DNA from: Candidatus Poseidoniales archaeon
GTDB taxonomy: Archaea; Thermoplasmatota; Poseidoniia; MGIII; CG-Epi1
NCBI GenBank assembly: GCA_045567855.1
Contig: JBJLCC010000037.1
Coordinates: 1-32,624 of the forward strand
Direction: 5' to 3'
DNA: 32,624 nt
The notes under the pieces are model-generated. The model saw only the letters and a list, made by a program, of their open reading frames with translations, was not told where the DNA came from and did not search any database. Within the stretch, counting starts at the first letter, position 1; each line of letters starts with the position of its first letter. Made by a program: the position numbers and the translations under genes. Positions 9,357 through 20,389 of this stretch are shown here, piece by piece.

Positions 9357-10271
9357 CTATTTTCTATGCTTAGATCTAAAGAAAAAAGCCTTCATTGTGT
9401 CCTTCCAAATATCCGGATTTTCTCTAATTCTTCGTATTGAATAAGGGTACCAATCTGGTCCATATGGTATGTAATATCTGACAGTGTAACCTTTTGAAAC
9501 TAGTTCATCTAAAGTTTTGTCAATTGGGACTCCAGACAGTGCTTGGAATTCACAATTATCCTTTGGAAAATTATTCTTTTCAATAAGTTTCTCGATACGT
9601 TCTATAATCCAAGTATCGTGTGTTGCAAAGCAAGAATATATATTTTTTTTAATCATCTTTTCAGCACATTCCACATAATTTTCCCGTATTCTGTTATAAT
9701 CTTGGATAGCAATATCCTTACTTTCCTTATATGCTCCTTTGCATAATCTAATGTTAGTGTTAGGGCCCTTGAGTAAATCTATATCATCGCTCGTGCGATA
9801 CATATATGCCTGTAAAACAGTTCCGCAATTAGAGTAATAGTTTACAGCCTTCTTACACATTTGTATAGTAGATTCTGTAACTTCAGAATCTTCCATGTCC
9901 ATTCTAACAAACGAGTTATACGTTTTAGCTTTATCTAGTATTACGCTAAGATTATCCCAGCAAAGACTTTCGTCAACTTTGAGTCCAATTGCAGTCAACT
10001 TCAATGAAATGTTACAATCAACTCCAGAGTTTGCAATACCATCTATTAAGTCACAATAGGAATTAGTTGTTTTTGTAATTCCTCTTCTATTTTTTACTTC
10101 TTCACCAAGTAGATCTAGAGTACCAACAAATCCCTTCTTGTTTAACTTTCTAACTAAATCAATCCCATCTTTTAATTTATCGCCTGCAACATATACTGAA
10201 GCAATTCGACCGATAACTATTTTGGGCATCCACGGAGCTGTGGCTAAAACGATTCGATTCAGAATACCCAT
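9357..10271 (-). CDS. Monofunctional proline dehydrogenase
   Basis: YVAG, LDLLGE, SLKLT, RMDMED, LQAY, RLCKGAY, ATHD, YIPYG.DWYPY..RRI.E.P motifs. Confidence 0.93.
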   Translation of the reverse strand: MGILNRIVLATAPWMPKIVIGRIASVYVAGDKLKDGIDLVRKLNKKGFVGTLDLLGEEVKNRRGITKTTNSYCDLIDGIANSGVDCNISLKLTAIGLKVDESLCWDNLSVILDKAKTYNSFVRMDMEDSEVTESTIQMCKKAVNYYSNCGTVLQAYMYRTSDDIDLLKGPNTNIRLCKGAYKESKDIAIQDYNRIRENYVECAEKMIKKNIYSCFATHDTWIIERIEKLIEKNNFPKDNCEFQALSGVPIDKTLDELVSKGYTVRYYIPYGPDWYPYSIRRIRENPDIWKDTMKAFFFRSKHRK

Positions 10272-10345
10272 TATTGCTAATGTAAAAGTGTGTTTATTAT
10301 TATAGTGTCCGAGACCGATTTATACAGCTCTGCTTAGCACAGATT

Positions 10346-11572
10346 ATGTCACCTTCGTCAGTTACATGTGTTAACGGAAAATTAGAAGTCCCGAATAACC
10401 CAATTATACCAGTAATAATCGGGGATGGAATCGGTTTAGATGTTACTCCTGTAGCCACCAAAGTTTTGGATGCAGCAGTTTCAAAAGCCTATTCTGGTGA
10501 AAAGTCTATTTCTTGGGAAGAAGTTCATGCAGGTGAAGCTGCTTTTGAGGAAACTGGTGAATGGCTTCCTGAATCTACCCTCGATTCTATTAGAAAGCAT
10601 TTGGTCGCTCTTAAAGGACCATTGACCACTCCTGTAGGAGGTGGATTTAGGAGTCTTAATGTAACATTAAGACAAAAATTAGATCTTTTTGCATGCGTTA
10701 GGCCAGTAGTTTGGTTTGAAGGAGTTCCTAGTCCTGTAAGGAATCCTGAGAAAGTGGATATGGTCATTTTCAGGGAAAATACTGAAGATATCTATGCAGG
10801 TATTGAGTGGCAAGCAGGAACAAAAGAAGTGGCTAAAGTTCTGAAATTTCTTGAAGAAGATATGGGAGTATCGCAAATTAGGTTTCCCGCAACAAGCTCT
10901 TTAGGTGTTAAGCCTGTTTCTAGTGAAGGAACCAAGAGACTTGTTAGAGCTTCGTTAAATTATGCAATTGATAATGATAAATCATCTGTTACCCTAGTTC
11001 ATAAAGGAAACATTATGAAATTCACTGAAGGTGGTTTCAGAGATTGGGGATATGAAATTTCACGAGAAGAATTTGGAGCTAATCCACTTGATGGAGGTCC
11101 TTGGCACATCTTTAAAAATCCAAAGACAGGTAAAGATATAATTGTTAAGGATGTAATTGCAGATGCAATGCTCCAGCAAATATTGACTCGGCCTTCAGAG
11201 TATGATGTTATAACAACATTAAACCTAAACGGGGATTACATTTCCGATGCCTTAGCAGCTCAAGTCGGAGGAATTGGTATAGCTCCAGGTGCAAACATAA
11301 ATTATGATTCAGGCCATGCCTTGTTTGAGGCTACTCACGGTACAGCTCCAAAATATGCAAGGCAGGATAAAGTAAATCCAGGTTCAGTTATTTTATCTGG
11401 TGAAATGCTTCTAAGATATTTAGGATGGAAAGAAGCCGCGGACTTGATAATTGATGGAATGCAGAAAACTATCGGAGATAAAACTGTTACATATGACTTT
11501 GAGAGGCTAATGGATGGCGCTAAATTATTGAAATGTAGTGAATTTGGTAATGCCATTATAGATAATTTGTGA
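10346..11572 (+). CDS. icd: NADP-dependent isocitrate dehydrogenase (E. coli-type)
   Basis: [50 protein letters not shown] (KY pair typical of NADP specificity), TYDFER. Confidence 0.97.
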   Translation: MSPSSVTCVNGKLEVPNNPIIPVIIGDGIGLDVTPVATKVLDAAVSKAYSGEKSISWEEVHAGEAAFEETGEWLPESTLDSIRKHLVALKGPLTTPVGGGFRSLNVTLRQKLDLFACVRPVVWFEGVPSPVRNPEKVDMVIFRENTEDIYAGIEWQAGTKEVAKVLKFLEEDMGVSQIRFPATSSLGVKPVSSEGTKRLVRASLNYAIDNDKSSVTLVHKGNIMKFTEGGFRDWGYEISREEFGANPLDGGPWHIFKNPKTGKDIIVKDVIADAMLQQILTRPSEYDVITTLNLNGDYISDALAAQVGGIGIAPGANINYDSGHALFEATHGTAPKYARQDKVNPGSVILSGEMLLRYLGWKEAADLIIDGMQKTIGDKTVTYDFERLMDGAKLLKCSEFGNAIIDNL

Positions 11573-12534
11573 ATCTTCAAGAAATAAAGAATATTGCTAC
11601 TTCTGAAGAGCTAATTGATAGAGCCTTGCGTAGAGCTTCGAAAGTTGAGGAAAAAGTAAGAAACCCAGACTATCGGGCTCGATTAACTGCAGTTAGAAAA
11701 ATACATTCCGTTGCAGATAACCTTGCTAATCCTATGATTAGTTATGTCAAGGCGTTTCCATCATTTGACATTATTCATCCATTTGATAGAGAAATAATAG
11801 ATCTTACAGTTGGAGTTGATATGCTTAAAAAATCTCTCGGAGCAATTGATTGGGCTAGGAAGGAGGTATTGATGATTTCTACAAAGTATGTTCCTAAGGC
11901 AAGGGCTCGAAAAAGTGCTGAGAATACTATGAAGATTATGAGTGAAGCTTACACTAAGATGACGAATGTTGTTAGGCAGATTTCTAAAAGTTTCGATTTT
12001 TTAATTTCAGCAAGATCAATATTTCGCAATCTTCCCAATGTAGACACAGAATCTTCGATAGCTGTATTTGCAGGAGCTCCAAATGTAGGTAAATCTAGCC
12101 TAATTGGTTCTGTCTCATCAGGTAAGCCTGAAGTCAAAAGCTATCCTTTTACAACTAAGGCAGTTTCATTGGGACACATAAAGAAAAAATATACAGTTTT
12201 ACAAGTAATGGATACTCCAGGCTTATTGGATCGTCCTGATTTAGAAAGAAATGGCATGGAGAAACAAGGAATAGCTGCTTTTGATTACCTGGAACCAATT
12301 ATTGTATTTTTAACTGATTTAAGTAACACTTCAGGATATTCTATAGAAATGCAGACTAATTTACGCGATGAGTTGAAATTAAGATATCCCAAATGTCAAT
12401 GGGTTGACGTATTTAGTAAGAAAGATTTAAACTTTGAAAATAAAGTGAGTTTTGATGGGGCAATTGAAGTTTCAGCCTACAAAGGCGAAGGTATTGACAA
12501 TTTTAAAAATAAATTATTAGATCTTATTCCTTAA
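11569..12534 (+). CDS. Nog1-family GTPase (OBG superfamily, ribosome biogenesis)
   Basis: N-terminal helical domain, [27 protein letters not shown]; GTG start overlaps the icd stop. Confidence 0.9.
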   Translation: MNLQEIKNIATSEELIDRALRRASKVEEKVRNPDYRARLTAVRKIHSVADNLANPMISYVKAFPSFDIIHPFDREIIDLTVGVDMLKKSLGAIDWARKEVLMISTKYVPKARARKSAENTMKIMSEAYTKMTNVVRQISKSFDFLISARSIFRNLPNVDTESSIAVFAGAPNVGKSSLIGSVSSGKPEVKSYPFTTKAVSLGHIKKKYTVLQVMDTPGLLDRPDLERNGMEKQGIAAFDYLEPIIVFLTDLSNTSGYSIEMQTNLRDELKLRYPKCQWVDVFSKKDLNFENKVSFDGAIEVSAYKGEGIDNFKNKLLDLIP

Positions 12535-13957
12535 CTTTCATATCGTGAGTGTCTCCCACTACACTTTGTGTATAAGGCGACATTAGCTCAATGACCGATT
12601 TTTCATGGTATTCTTTTAACTTCATACATCCAGTATTACTTAATGCGGCCTTAATTTTACGAATGTCCTGTTTCAATTTTGGCTTTAGTCTTCCCCAATT
12701 TTCTACAGTCCCTTCTTCACCTTCAGCAAAGAATGTTTTCCTAGCGACATGTCCGTACCTATCTAGGTTCCTTGCACGAGCTGATCCTTCTCCCCATGTT
12801 GCAACATATTTGATGTCAGGTTCGTGTGTAGTCAATTGCATATTTGCATCATATTTTTCACCTTCGGCTTCATAAAAGTGATTGAAATATCCTCCCATCA
12901 TTACGGCATCAGCAATACTTAGAGCTATTATCATACTTCCCGCATCAGAAACACCTCCATCAATAATAATTGAAACGTATTTCCCAGTTTCTTTAAAGTA
13001 ATCAGTTCTGGCCTTTTCTACTTCCATCAAAGCTGTCATAGGAGCTCTGCCGGTTGCCTTTTCCCTTTGTGTCGTACAAATTGAACCAGATGACATTCCT
13101 ACTTTTACTACATCAGCTCCACTTTCCATTAGGAATTTAGCCCCTTCATAAGTGATTACATTACCTGCACAGATTGGTTTCCCTAGGTTCATTTTACTAT
13201 ATTCCCTCAAAACCTTAGAAGTAAATTCATTATATGCATCAGAAGTATCTATTACAAATATATCAGCTCCAGCTTCATCGCAGGTCTTTACACGCTTTTT
13301 CCAACCTTTATGTGTTGAGATTGCAGCACCTACTACAATATTTTCAACATCCTTTTTGAATGCTATTTTTACCAAACGACCCAAGTCATCAAGCACAATC
13401 AAATAATTATTATTCTCTAGTTCTTTCTTTGCTTGTTTAACAGTTATTTCAGCATTTTTTGTAAAAGGTAAATTTTCTACTTTAGTCATGATAGATAGGA
13501 CATTCTCAGCAGGAGTCTCATTACTTTCCAAGTACTTATCAAAATTAAATAATCCTAAGAATACATTGTTTCTGTCAGTTATAGGTATTTTTGAATGTCC
13601 ATGTTTTTCAACTAATCTTACTGCCTCATCTATAGTGGCATTATCTCTTACCGAAACAGGGTCTTCTACAAAACCCATCTCATAACCTTTAATTTTATCA
13701 ATAATATCAACTTGCTCCTTTATTGATAATCTTGCAGGAAGCACACCAAGCCCTCCTTCTTTGCCTAGTGCGAGAGCCATTTCATACCCCGTTACAGAGG
13801 TCATTGCCGCACTGAGAAATGGTATTCCCAAGCTAAGCTTCCCTAATTTAGATTTTAAATTAATGTTATTAAGATTACAATCCTTAGATGTATAATCAGT
13901 TAAAAGACTAAATTCACTAAAAGTTCGCCCGGCTTCTAATATTACTTTCTTAGCCAT
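12524..13957 (-). CDS. guaB: IMP dehydrogenase with CBS subdomain
   Basis: RTFSEFSLL, SAAM, CBS insert, AGNV, catalytic loop GMSSGSICTT, DGG, WGEGSARARN..RY flap. Confidence 0.9.
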   Translation of the reverse strand: MAKKVILEAGRTFSEFSLLTDYTSKDCNLNNINLKSKLGKLSLGIPFLSAAMTSVTGYEMALALGKEGGLGVLPARLSIKEQVDIIDKIKGYEMGFVEDPVSVRDNATIDEAVRLVEKHGHSKIPITDRNNVFLGLFNFDKYLESNETPAENVLSIMTKVENLPFTKNAEITVKQAKKELENNNYLIVLDDLGRLVKIAFKKDVENIVVGAAISTHKGWKKRVKTCDEAGADIFVIDTSDAYNEFTSKVLREYSKMNLGKPICAGNVITYEGAKFLMESGADVVKVGMSSGSICTTQREKATGRAPMTALMEVEKARTDYFKETGKYVSIIIDGGVSDAGSMIIALSIADAVMMGGYFNHFYEAEGEKYDANMQLTTHEPDIKYVATWGEGSARARNLDRYGHVARKTFFAEGEEGTVENWGRLKPKLKQDIRKIKAALSNTGCMKLKEYHEKSVIELMSPYTQSVVGDTHDMKVKE

Positions 13958-13990
13958 ATACTCCCTTTGTAAGGAGATTTATTAAACTAT

Positions 13991-15040
13991 CTAACTTACG
14001 TCATGTGAAGTATAAATTTCGTTTGTAGTAATAGTTACTCTCACGAAAGTAGTACACTTTGGTAGATCCTTTATTCTTCGGGCACCGACGTACGAGCATG
14101 CAGACCTTACTCCTCCGAGAATTGATTGTATAGTGTTTTCAATCTCACCTTTGTACGGGACTCTTACTTCTTTACCCTCAGGAGCTCGATGTTTAGCGAC
14201 TCCGCCAAAATAAGTGGTCATGGCTTTCTCCGAACTCATTCCATAGAAAATTTTACTTTTTGTTCCATCCTTATTTTCAATAAGTTCACCTCCAGATTCA
14301 GCATGGCCTGCTAACATACCTCCTAGCATTACAAAATCAGCTCCAGCTGCGAAAGCTTTTGCAATATCACCAGGTGAAGTACAACCTCCATCGGACATTA
14401 CGTGCCCTCCAAGGCCGTGTGCCGCGTCAGCACATTCTGAAATAGCTGACAGCTGAGGGTACCCAACTCCAGCTACCTTACGTGTGGTGCACACTGAGCC
14501 TGGGCCTATTCCCACCTTTACAATATCAGCTCCAGCTAAAACTAGAGCTTCAGTCATTTCCCTGGTGGCTACATTTCCAGCAATAATTATTTTATCATCA
14601 AATTCTTTTCTAACTTTCCTCACAAATTGGAGAAAGTCTTCTCTGTATCCATTAGCGACATCCAGGCATATATATTGCAATTTTTCATGTATAGCCATTT
14701 TTCTCCTTAGCAACTCCATACTTTCATCTGTAGATCCCGAAGTTATGGCAACATGATAGGGGTCCATTCCGTTTTCAATTGCCTTTTTTATCTCTTTAAC
14801 CGAATAAAACTTTTGTAAACAAGTAAGTAGTTTTTCTTTTTGTAGTTCACTTGCTATTTCAAATGTTCCTGTAGTGTCCATATTAGCAGCTACAACTGGT
14901 ATTCCTTTCCATTCACGTTTAGTATGTCTAAATTTGAATACTCTGGATAGTGAAACCTCTGAGCGAGATTTTAGTGTGCTTCTCTTTGGCCTAATCAGAA
15001 CATCTCTGAAGGTTAGCTTTAGGTCGTCATCTATTCTCAT
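13991..15040 (-). CDS. guaC: GMP reductase (E. coli/eukaryote type)
   Basis: MRIDDDLKLTFRDVLIRPKRSTLKSRS, AANMD, DVANGY, GIGPGSVCTTR, FYGMSS; no CBS domain. Confidence 0.95.
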   Translation of the reverse strand: MRIDDDLKLTFRDVLIRPKRSTLKSRSEVSLSRVFKFRHTKREWKGIPVVAANMDTTGTFEIASELQKEKLLTCLQKFYSVKEIKKAIENGMDPYHVAITSGSTDESMELLRRKMAIHEKLQYICLDVANGYREDFLQFVRKVRKEFDDKIIIAGNVATREMTEALVLAGADIVKVGIGPGSVCTTRKVAGVGYPQLSAISECADAAHGLGGHVMSDGGCTSPGDIAKAFAAGADFVMLGGMLAGHAESGGELIENKDGTKSKIFYGMSSEKAMTTYFGGVAKHRAPEGKEVRVPYKGEIENTIQSILGGVRSACSYVGARRIKDLPKCTTFVRVTITTNEIYTSHDVS

Positions 15041-15084
15041 CTTTCCCCTATTATGTTTGATTAAGCCCTATAAATTGTTTGCTC

Positions 15085-15603
15085 TTAATTTATATCCTCA
15101 GTTTCCATAACCATTACATCTTTTAGTTGCCTATATTTTTCATCGTAATCAAGACCATAACCAACTACAAATTCAGGAGGTATATTAAATCCTACATAAT
15201 CAACTTCAAAATCTAATTTAGCTACCTCTTTCTTGAATAAAGCAGTGGCTACAGCAACGGACTTAGGTCCCGAATTCCTTAGTCTATTGACTAGGAAATT
15301 GATTGTAAAGCCCGAGTCAATAATATCTTCTACGATGATAATATCCCTACCATCAATATTGGCTGAGATATCTTTTCTAAATTTTATGGTTCCAGTCGAT
15401 GAGTCACCCTCATAAGATCGTATCTTAACAAAATCTACCTCAATGTCTAAATCAATTTCTCTAAGTAAGTCCGCCATAAAGACATAACATCCATTTAGAA
15501 TACCTACAAATATGGGTTTTTTACCTTTATAATCTTTATTAATTTGTTTTCCTAAGGATTTTATACGCTTTTTAATTTCAGATTCAGAGATTAAGAGTTT
15601 CAT
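15085..15603 (-). CDS. hpt: Hypoxanthine(-guanine) phosphoribosyltransferase
   Basis: ILNG..VFMADL, RSY, IIVEDIIDSG.T PRPP motif, FVVGYGLDY.E.YR.L. Confidence 0.95.
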   Translation of the reverse strand: MKLLISESEIKKRIKSLGKQINKDYKGKKPIFVGILNGCYVFMADLLREIDLDIEVDFVKIRSYEGDSSTGTIKFRKDISANIDGRDIIIVEDIIDSGFTINFLVNRLRNSGPKSVAVATALFKKEVAKLDFEVDYVGFNIPPEFVVGYGLDYDEKYRQLKDVMVMETEDIN

Positions 15604-15605
15604 AA

Positions 15606-16139
15606 TTAATACTTCACTATTGAATGAACATTATATGGATTTAGTTTTTCACGACCTTTCAAAAATTCTAATTCAACTAAAACAGCTAACCCTTTGATAG
15701 TGCCCTTAATTTTCGAAATTAATTTGCAAGCAGCTTCAGCAGTTCCCCCCGTAGCTAGTAAATCGTCTACAATTAAGATATTTTGTCCTTCGTTTATCGC
15801 ATCTGTATGTATTTCTAAAGTGTCAGTTCCATATTCAAGCTCATATTCTACCTTTTCAGTATTCCATGGTAATTTACCTGGCTTTCTGATAGGCACAAAG
15901 GCTGCGTTAAGTTTGTCTGCTATCGGAGTTCCAAATATGAATCCTCTAGATTCGATGCCAACGACAACATCAATATTTAAATTCATGAATGGTTTTACCA
16001 TAGTATCAATTGATAAACGGAATAAGTCTATATTTGACAATACAGGAGTTATGTCTTTGAACACAATTCCTTTTTTTGGGAAGTCCTGTATATCTCTTAT
16101 ATTTTCTGCGATTGCTTTGATACTATTTTTTGAAGACAT
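15606..16139 (-). CDS. apt: Adenine phosphoribosyltransferase (start taken at ATG 16139; ORF track extends to 16175)
   Basis: DFPKKGIVFKDITP, ESRGFIFG, RKPGKLP, YELEYG, IVDDLLATGGT. Confidence 0.95.
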   Translation of the reverse strand: MSSKNSIKAIAENIRDIQDFPKKGIVFKDITPVLSNIDLFRLSIDTMVKPFMNLNIDVVVGIESRGFIFGTPIADKLNAAFVPIRKPGKLPWNTEKVEYELEYGTDTLEIHTDAINEGQNILIVDDLLATGGTAEAACKLISKIKGTIKGLAVLVELEFLKGREKLNPYNVHSIVKY

Positions 16140-16157
16140 AGTCTGTTTAATTGCATT

Positions 16158-16183
16158 TCCCCTGAGCTTAATCACCCAGGGGA
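16158..16183 (-). other. RNA hairpin between the NCS2 permease and apt
   Basis: Minus strand UCCCCUGGGU-GAUUAA-GCUCAGGGGA: 10-bp stem with two G-U pairs. Confidence 0.5.
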
Positions 16184-16207
16184 TTTAACTGCTTTTCGAT
16201 TATTTCC

Positions 16208-17740
16208 TTAGTTTATAAAATCTAGGATCCAATCAAATGTTGTCTGTTCTCCAGGTCCAAGATAGAACATTGTCATTAGAACAGTTATTGCCATCAAAAT
16301 TTGGTTGCTTAGAATTTCTTCGTATTTTCCAACAGCCAATTTGATTCCTACATAGGAAATTACTCCCCATGCGATACCGTCTGCAATCGAGTATGCGAAT
16401 GGCATCAAAGCAATAGTTAAGAAGGCTGGAATTGCGATTTCTATATCATCCCATTTGATGTCACCTACTCCACGCATCATCATTGCTCCAATTACCATTA
16501 GTGCAGGTGCTGTTGCGTAAGCTGGTATTGCTATAAAGACGTCAGAGAAGAAGACACCTAGTAAGAATAGGAATCCTACAACTACTGCAGTTAATCCAGT
16601 CTTACCACCTTCTTCTATTCCAGAAGCTGACTCGATATATGTTGTTACAGTACTTGTACCCATGACCGCACCGATTGTTGTTCCAGCTGCATCAGCCATA
16701 AAGGCTTCATCAGCATTTTCAAGTTCGTCATCATCATTTACTTTTCCTGCCATTCTTCCGACTCCATATAGAGTACCTGCAGTATCGAAAATATCAACAA
16801 AGAAGAAAGCAATTACTACCATTAGGAAAGATCCCCATCCTCCGTACGTAGAACCTTCAATTGGATCGCCTGCACTTCCTAAAGCACCGAACACAGCGCC
16901 TACTGTATCTGAAGGATTATCTGGTGATGAGAAAATTTCAGAAGGTGCATCAGAGCCAGGTACAATTGCCCATCCAATTATACTAACACCTAATATTCCA
17001 ATCATAATAGCGCCTTTTTGCTGTCTAGCCATTAAAGCACCCATTGCTATAAGTCCGATTAAAGCCCAGAATTGACCTGATTCATGAGTCCAGGCTCCTG
17101 CATTTGTAAAGTCAATTAAAGTTGCAGGATTGTCTACAATCCATCCGGCATTTTGCATTCCTATGATCGTAAGGAATAGTCCAATACCAGCCATTGTTGC
17201 AATTTTCAAATCTTTCGGAATTGCGTTAATCATTGCAGTTCGAGCGCCAGCGTAGGAAAGTCCAACAAATAGTAGACCTTCTACGAAAACTGCTGCAAGT
17301 GCAATGTCCCAGGGTACCCCCATTCCAAAACATACAGTGTACAAAAAGTATGCATTGAGCCCCATTCCTGGAGCAAGAGCAAAAGGCAAGTTTGCCCAAA
17401 GTCCCATTATAATACATGCAATAAAAGAAGCTACAGCTGTAGCAACTAATGCATCATTGAATGGGATTCCCGTTGCGAAACCTTCAAACTCAGGAGTTGA
17501 GGGATCATCTAAAAATGTTATGTCTCCTCCTGAAAGCATTAAAGGATTCACGATGAGGATATAAGCCATCGTAAGGAATGTTGTCACTCCTGCACGAATC
17601 TCACCCTCTACGGAACTACCGGCTTTACTGATACCAAAATAGTTATCAATTTGCCCCATAATCCCCTCGCTTGGAGTAGATGCTGGAGCTTCTGATACGT
17701 TGTTTTCGGTACCACTATTTTCTGTGTCGTCGTCACTCAT
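16208..17740 (-). CDS. NCS2/AzgA-family purine (adenine/guanine/hypoxanthine) permease (start taken at ATG 17740, preceded by SD-like AGGTG)
   Basis: EIRAGVTTFLTMAYIL.VNP, NLPFALAPGMGLNAYF, FDTAGT, GTSTVTTYIESASGIEEGGKTGLTA; many TM helices. Confidence 0.93.
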   Translation of the reverse strand: MSDDDTENSGTENNVSEAPASTPSEGIMGQIDNYFGISKAGSSVEGEIRAGVTTFLTMAYILIVNPLMLSGGDITFLDDPSTPEFEGFATGIPFNDALVATAVASFIACIIMGLWANLPFALAPGMGLNAYFLYTVCFGMGVPWDIALAAVFVEGLLFVGLSYAGARTAMINAIPKDLKIATMAGIGLFLTIIGMQNAGWIVDNPATLIDFTNAGAWTHESGQFWALIGLIAMGALMARQQKGAIMIGILGVSIIGWAIVPGSDAPSEIFSSPDNPSDTVGAVFGALGSAGDPIEGSTYGGWGSFLMVVIAFFFVDIFDTAGTLYGVGRMAGKVNDDDELENADEAFMADAAGTTIGAVMGTSTVTTYIESASGIEEGGKTGLTAVVVGFLFLLGVFFSDVFIAIPAYATAPALMVIGAMMMRGVGDIKWDDIEIAIPAFLTIALMPFAYSIADGIAWGVISYVGIKLAVGKYEEILSNQILMAITVLMTMFYLGPGEQTTFDWILDFIN

Positions 17741-17828
17741 AGGTTTACACCTAAACAACATTAAGTGAGGATTTCTTTTTAAATGTACCGGATGTTTCAG
17801 GAAATAAAACTTAGCCTTCTACACGGAT

Positions 17829-18671
17829 TTAAAGAGTCTCATAATCTGACTGTTTGAAGACTGAAACTTTGTTATTTTCGGCCCAAAGTTTCCATTTTCG
17901 ATATTCACTTTTTTTCATACCTTTTTTATGAAAGTAAATACCGTTAGATTTTCCGGCTTCAAGAGCTCTTATGAGCATATTTTCGGTTAAATGAGGTATT
18001 CCATAGTTTGCTACCATGTGGCCAAAAGATACCTTGTGAGATAGTGCAGCTTCAGTAAACCTTGGCGTATAGTGTCCACCACCAAAACCTAGAACGTTTA
18101 TGCCTTCTTTGATTTTAAATTCGAGAAGGGATTTAATTAGTACTCTTGCAGGTATCTCATCCTCCCATTGCTTTTCTGTAGATCCAATTTCTAGAAATAT
18201 AGTAGGAGTTTCTAGCAAAGGCCCGTGATGAGTGGCTTCAAAGCATACATCATATCCATTAAGCTGATTCTTCTTTATTTCTCTTAAGAGAGAGCTCATA
18301 ATATCAGAGGAAGCTGGCGTAACTTCTCCCTTAATTCCACCGTAATCTGCATCCCCCCAATTTCCGATAGGATGAACTGTTAAGCTAGGTTTTCCACTTG
18401 CAGCTTTATGCCTTGATAAAAAAATTATATTACTTATTTTCAAACTATTTTTTCTTTCAAATGCTTCATCAATTTTTTCTGCGTGAATATGTATCTTATT
18501 TATACTAATTAAATGAGTTCCTTCAACACAAAAGGGACCATGCGTTTTAGTAATTTTCCACATATCATTTCCATCAAATATTCCACATTTTTCCCATGGT
18601 GACATTTCCAATAATCTATCTCTTAAATTTATTGATGCTGAATCAGCTTTTGATGCAATAATTAGATTCAT
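17829..18671 (-). CDS. dtdA: Archaeal D-aminoacyl-tRNA deacylase (DTD2)
   Basis: [32 protein letters not shown] motifs. Confidence 0.92.
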   Translation of the reverse strand: MNLIIASKADSASINLRDRLLEMSPWEKCGIFDGNDMWKITKTHGPFCVEGTHLISINKIHIHAEKIDEAFERKNSLKISNIIFLSRHKAASGKPSLTVHPIGNWGDADYGGIKGEVTPASSDIMSSLLREIKKNQLNGYDVCFEATHHGPLLETPTIFLEIGSTEKQWEDEIPARVLIKSLLEFKIKEGINVLGFGGGHYTPRFTEAALSHKVSFGHMVANYGIPHLTENMLIRALEAGKSNGIYFHKKGMKKSEYRKWKLWAENNKVSVFKQSDYETL

Positions 18672-20314
18672 AACCCTTCAACAAGTCCAACTTTTACATT
18701 TCTTTCTTTGGCTACTTGTTTTGCTCTCGAATATCCTGCATCTACATGCCTCATAACACCAGTACCAGGATCTGTTGTTAAAACTCTGCTAAGTCTCTCA
18801 TCGGCTTCCTTGGTTCCATCCGCAACGACTACCATTCCTGAGTGAAGTGAGTACCCCATTCCAACGCCACCACCGTGATGAAAGCTAACCCATGAAGCTC
18901 CTGATGCTGTATTCAGTAGGGCATTGAGTATTGGCCAATCGGCGACGGCGTCACTTCCGTCCTTCATGTCTTCAGTTTCTCTGTTAGGTGAAGCTACAGA
19001 TCCAGAATCAAGGTGATCTCTACCAATAACCAATGGAGCTTTTACTCTTCCAGTTTTTACCAATTCATTAAATGCAAGACCAGCCTTTTTTCTCTCTCCG
19101 TACCCAAGCCAGCAAATTCTTGCAGGTAGTCCCTGAAAACTAATTCTCTTTTGTGCCATATTTATCCATTTGGCAAGTGCTTTGTCTTCAGGAAATAATT
19201 CTAGCATAATCTTATCAGTTTCCAAGATGTCATTTGGGTCTCCGGATAAAGCTGCCCACCTGAATGGTCCTTTTCCTTCACAAAATAAAGGCCTAATATA
19301 TGCAGGGACAAATCCGGGGAAGTCAAATGCATTTTCGACTCCAGCCTCCTTAGCTCTTTCCCTTAAATTATTTCCGTAGTCAAAAGTGTATGAACCTCTA
19401 TCTTTCAATGTGAGCATGTGCTTAACATGCGTTCCCATACTTTCATAGCTTAGTGAAATGTATTTTTTCGGGTCCTCAATTCGTAACTTGTCTGCGTCTG
19501 AATTTGTTAGTTCATGTGGAATATATCCTATAAGTGGGTCGTGCGCAGAGGTCTGATCAGTCAACAAATCAGGAGTCACATTTCTTTCTATAAGTTTCGC
19601 TAACAAATCAATGATATTGGCTTTAACTGCGATTGATTTAGCTATATTATTTTCTTTCCATTTTAACGCAGTGTCTATTGCATAGTCAATATTATCAGTC
19701 ATTTCGTCACAATATTTTGTGTCCAATCGTTTTTGAATTCTTTCTTCATCCATTTCAGCAGCTAGAAAAGTACCTCCGTTCATAGTTGCAGCCAATGGTT
19801 GTGCACCACCCATGCCACCTAGTCCTCCTGTAACAACAAGTTTCCCTTCTAAAGTTCCATTGAAGTGTTGCCTAGCAGCTTCGGCAAATGTTTCAAAAGT
19901 TCCTTGTAGAATACCTTGTGAGCCAATGTAAATCCAAGATCCTGCAGTCATTTGCCCATACATCATTAGCCCTTCTTTTTCTAATTTATCGAAATGCTCC
20001 CAATTCGCCCAATTACCTACCAAGTTCGAATTTGCAATTAAAACTCGAGGTGCATCAGAATGTGTTTTAAAAATACCGACAGGTTTTCCACTTTGAACAA
20101 GCAAAGTTTCATCATTTTCCAAATCTTGAAGGGATTTAACAATTGCATTGTAACACTCAATATTTCGCGCAGCTTTTCCCCTACCTCCATAAACTATCAA
20201 ATCTTCGGGTCTTTCAGCAACTTCAGGATCTAAATTATTCATTAACATTCTAAGGGCAGCCTCTTGTAGCCAGCCTTTGCAACTAATTTCAGTCCCGTGT
20301 GGAGCTTTTACCAT
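18668..20314 (-). CDS. hutU: Urocanate hydratase
   Basis: [56 protein letters not shown]. Confidence 0.98.
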   Translation of the reverse strand: MVKAPHGTEISCKGWLQEAALRMLMNNLDPEVAERPEDLIVYGGRGKAARNIECYNAIVKSLQDLENDETLLVQSGKPVGIFKTHSDAPRVLIANSNLVGNWANWEHFDKLEKEGLMMYGQMTAGSWIYIGSQGILQGTFETFAEAARQHFNGTLEGKLVVTGGLGGMGGAQPLAATMNGGTFLAAEMDEERIQKRLDTKYCDEMTDNIDYAIDTALKWKENNIAKSIAVKANIIDLLAKLIERNVTPDLLTDQTSAHDPLIGYIPHELTNSDADKLRIEDPKKYISLSYESMGTHVKHMLTLKDRGSYTFDYGNNLRERAKEAGVENAFDFPGFVPAYIRPLFCEGKGPFRWAALSGDPNDILETDKIMLELFPEDKALAKWINMAQKRISFQGLPARICWLGYGERKKAGLAFNELVKTGRVKAPLVIGRDHLDSGSVASPNRETEDMKDGSDAVADWPILNALLNTASGASWVSFHHGGGVGMGYSLHSGMVVVADGTKEADERLSRVLTTDPGTGVMRHVDAGYSRAKQVAKERNVKVGLVEGL

Positions 20315-20389
20315 AACATATATTGTAACACCCTCTAAATTAAATATATTTCTACGAATATTTTAAAAAAACCCGGTTAGATTACAGAT

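Noticed and set aside
13961-13976. Small hairpin CUCCUU-ACAA-AGGGAG covering a G-rich motif before guaB
   Set aside because: Only 6 bp, the G-rich motif is just 3 nt from the ATG, and a TATA-like element about 27 nt upstream suggests a leaderless transcript that would exclude it.
15694-17075. Long antisense ORFs (164 aa and 137 aa) opposite apt and the permease
   Set aside because: Shadow ORFs of well-conserved genes with no recognisable motifs.
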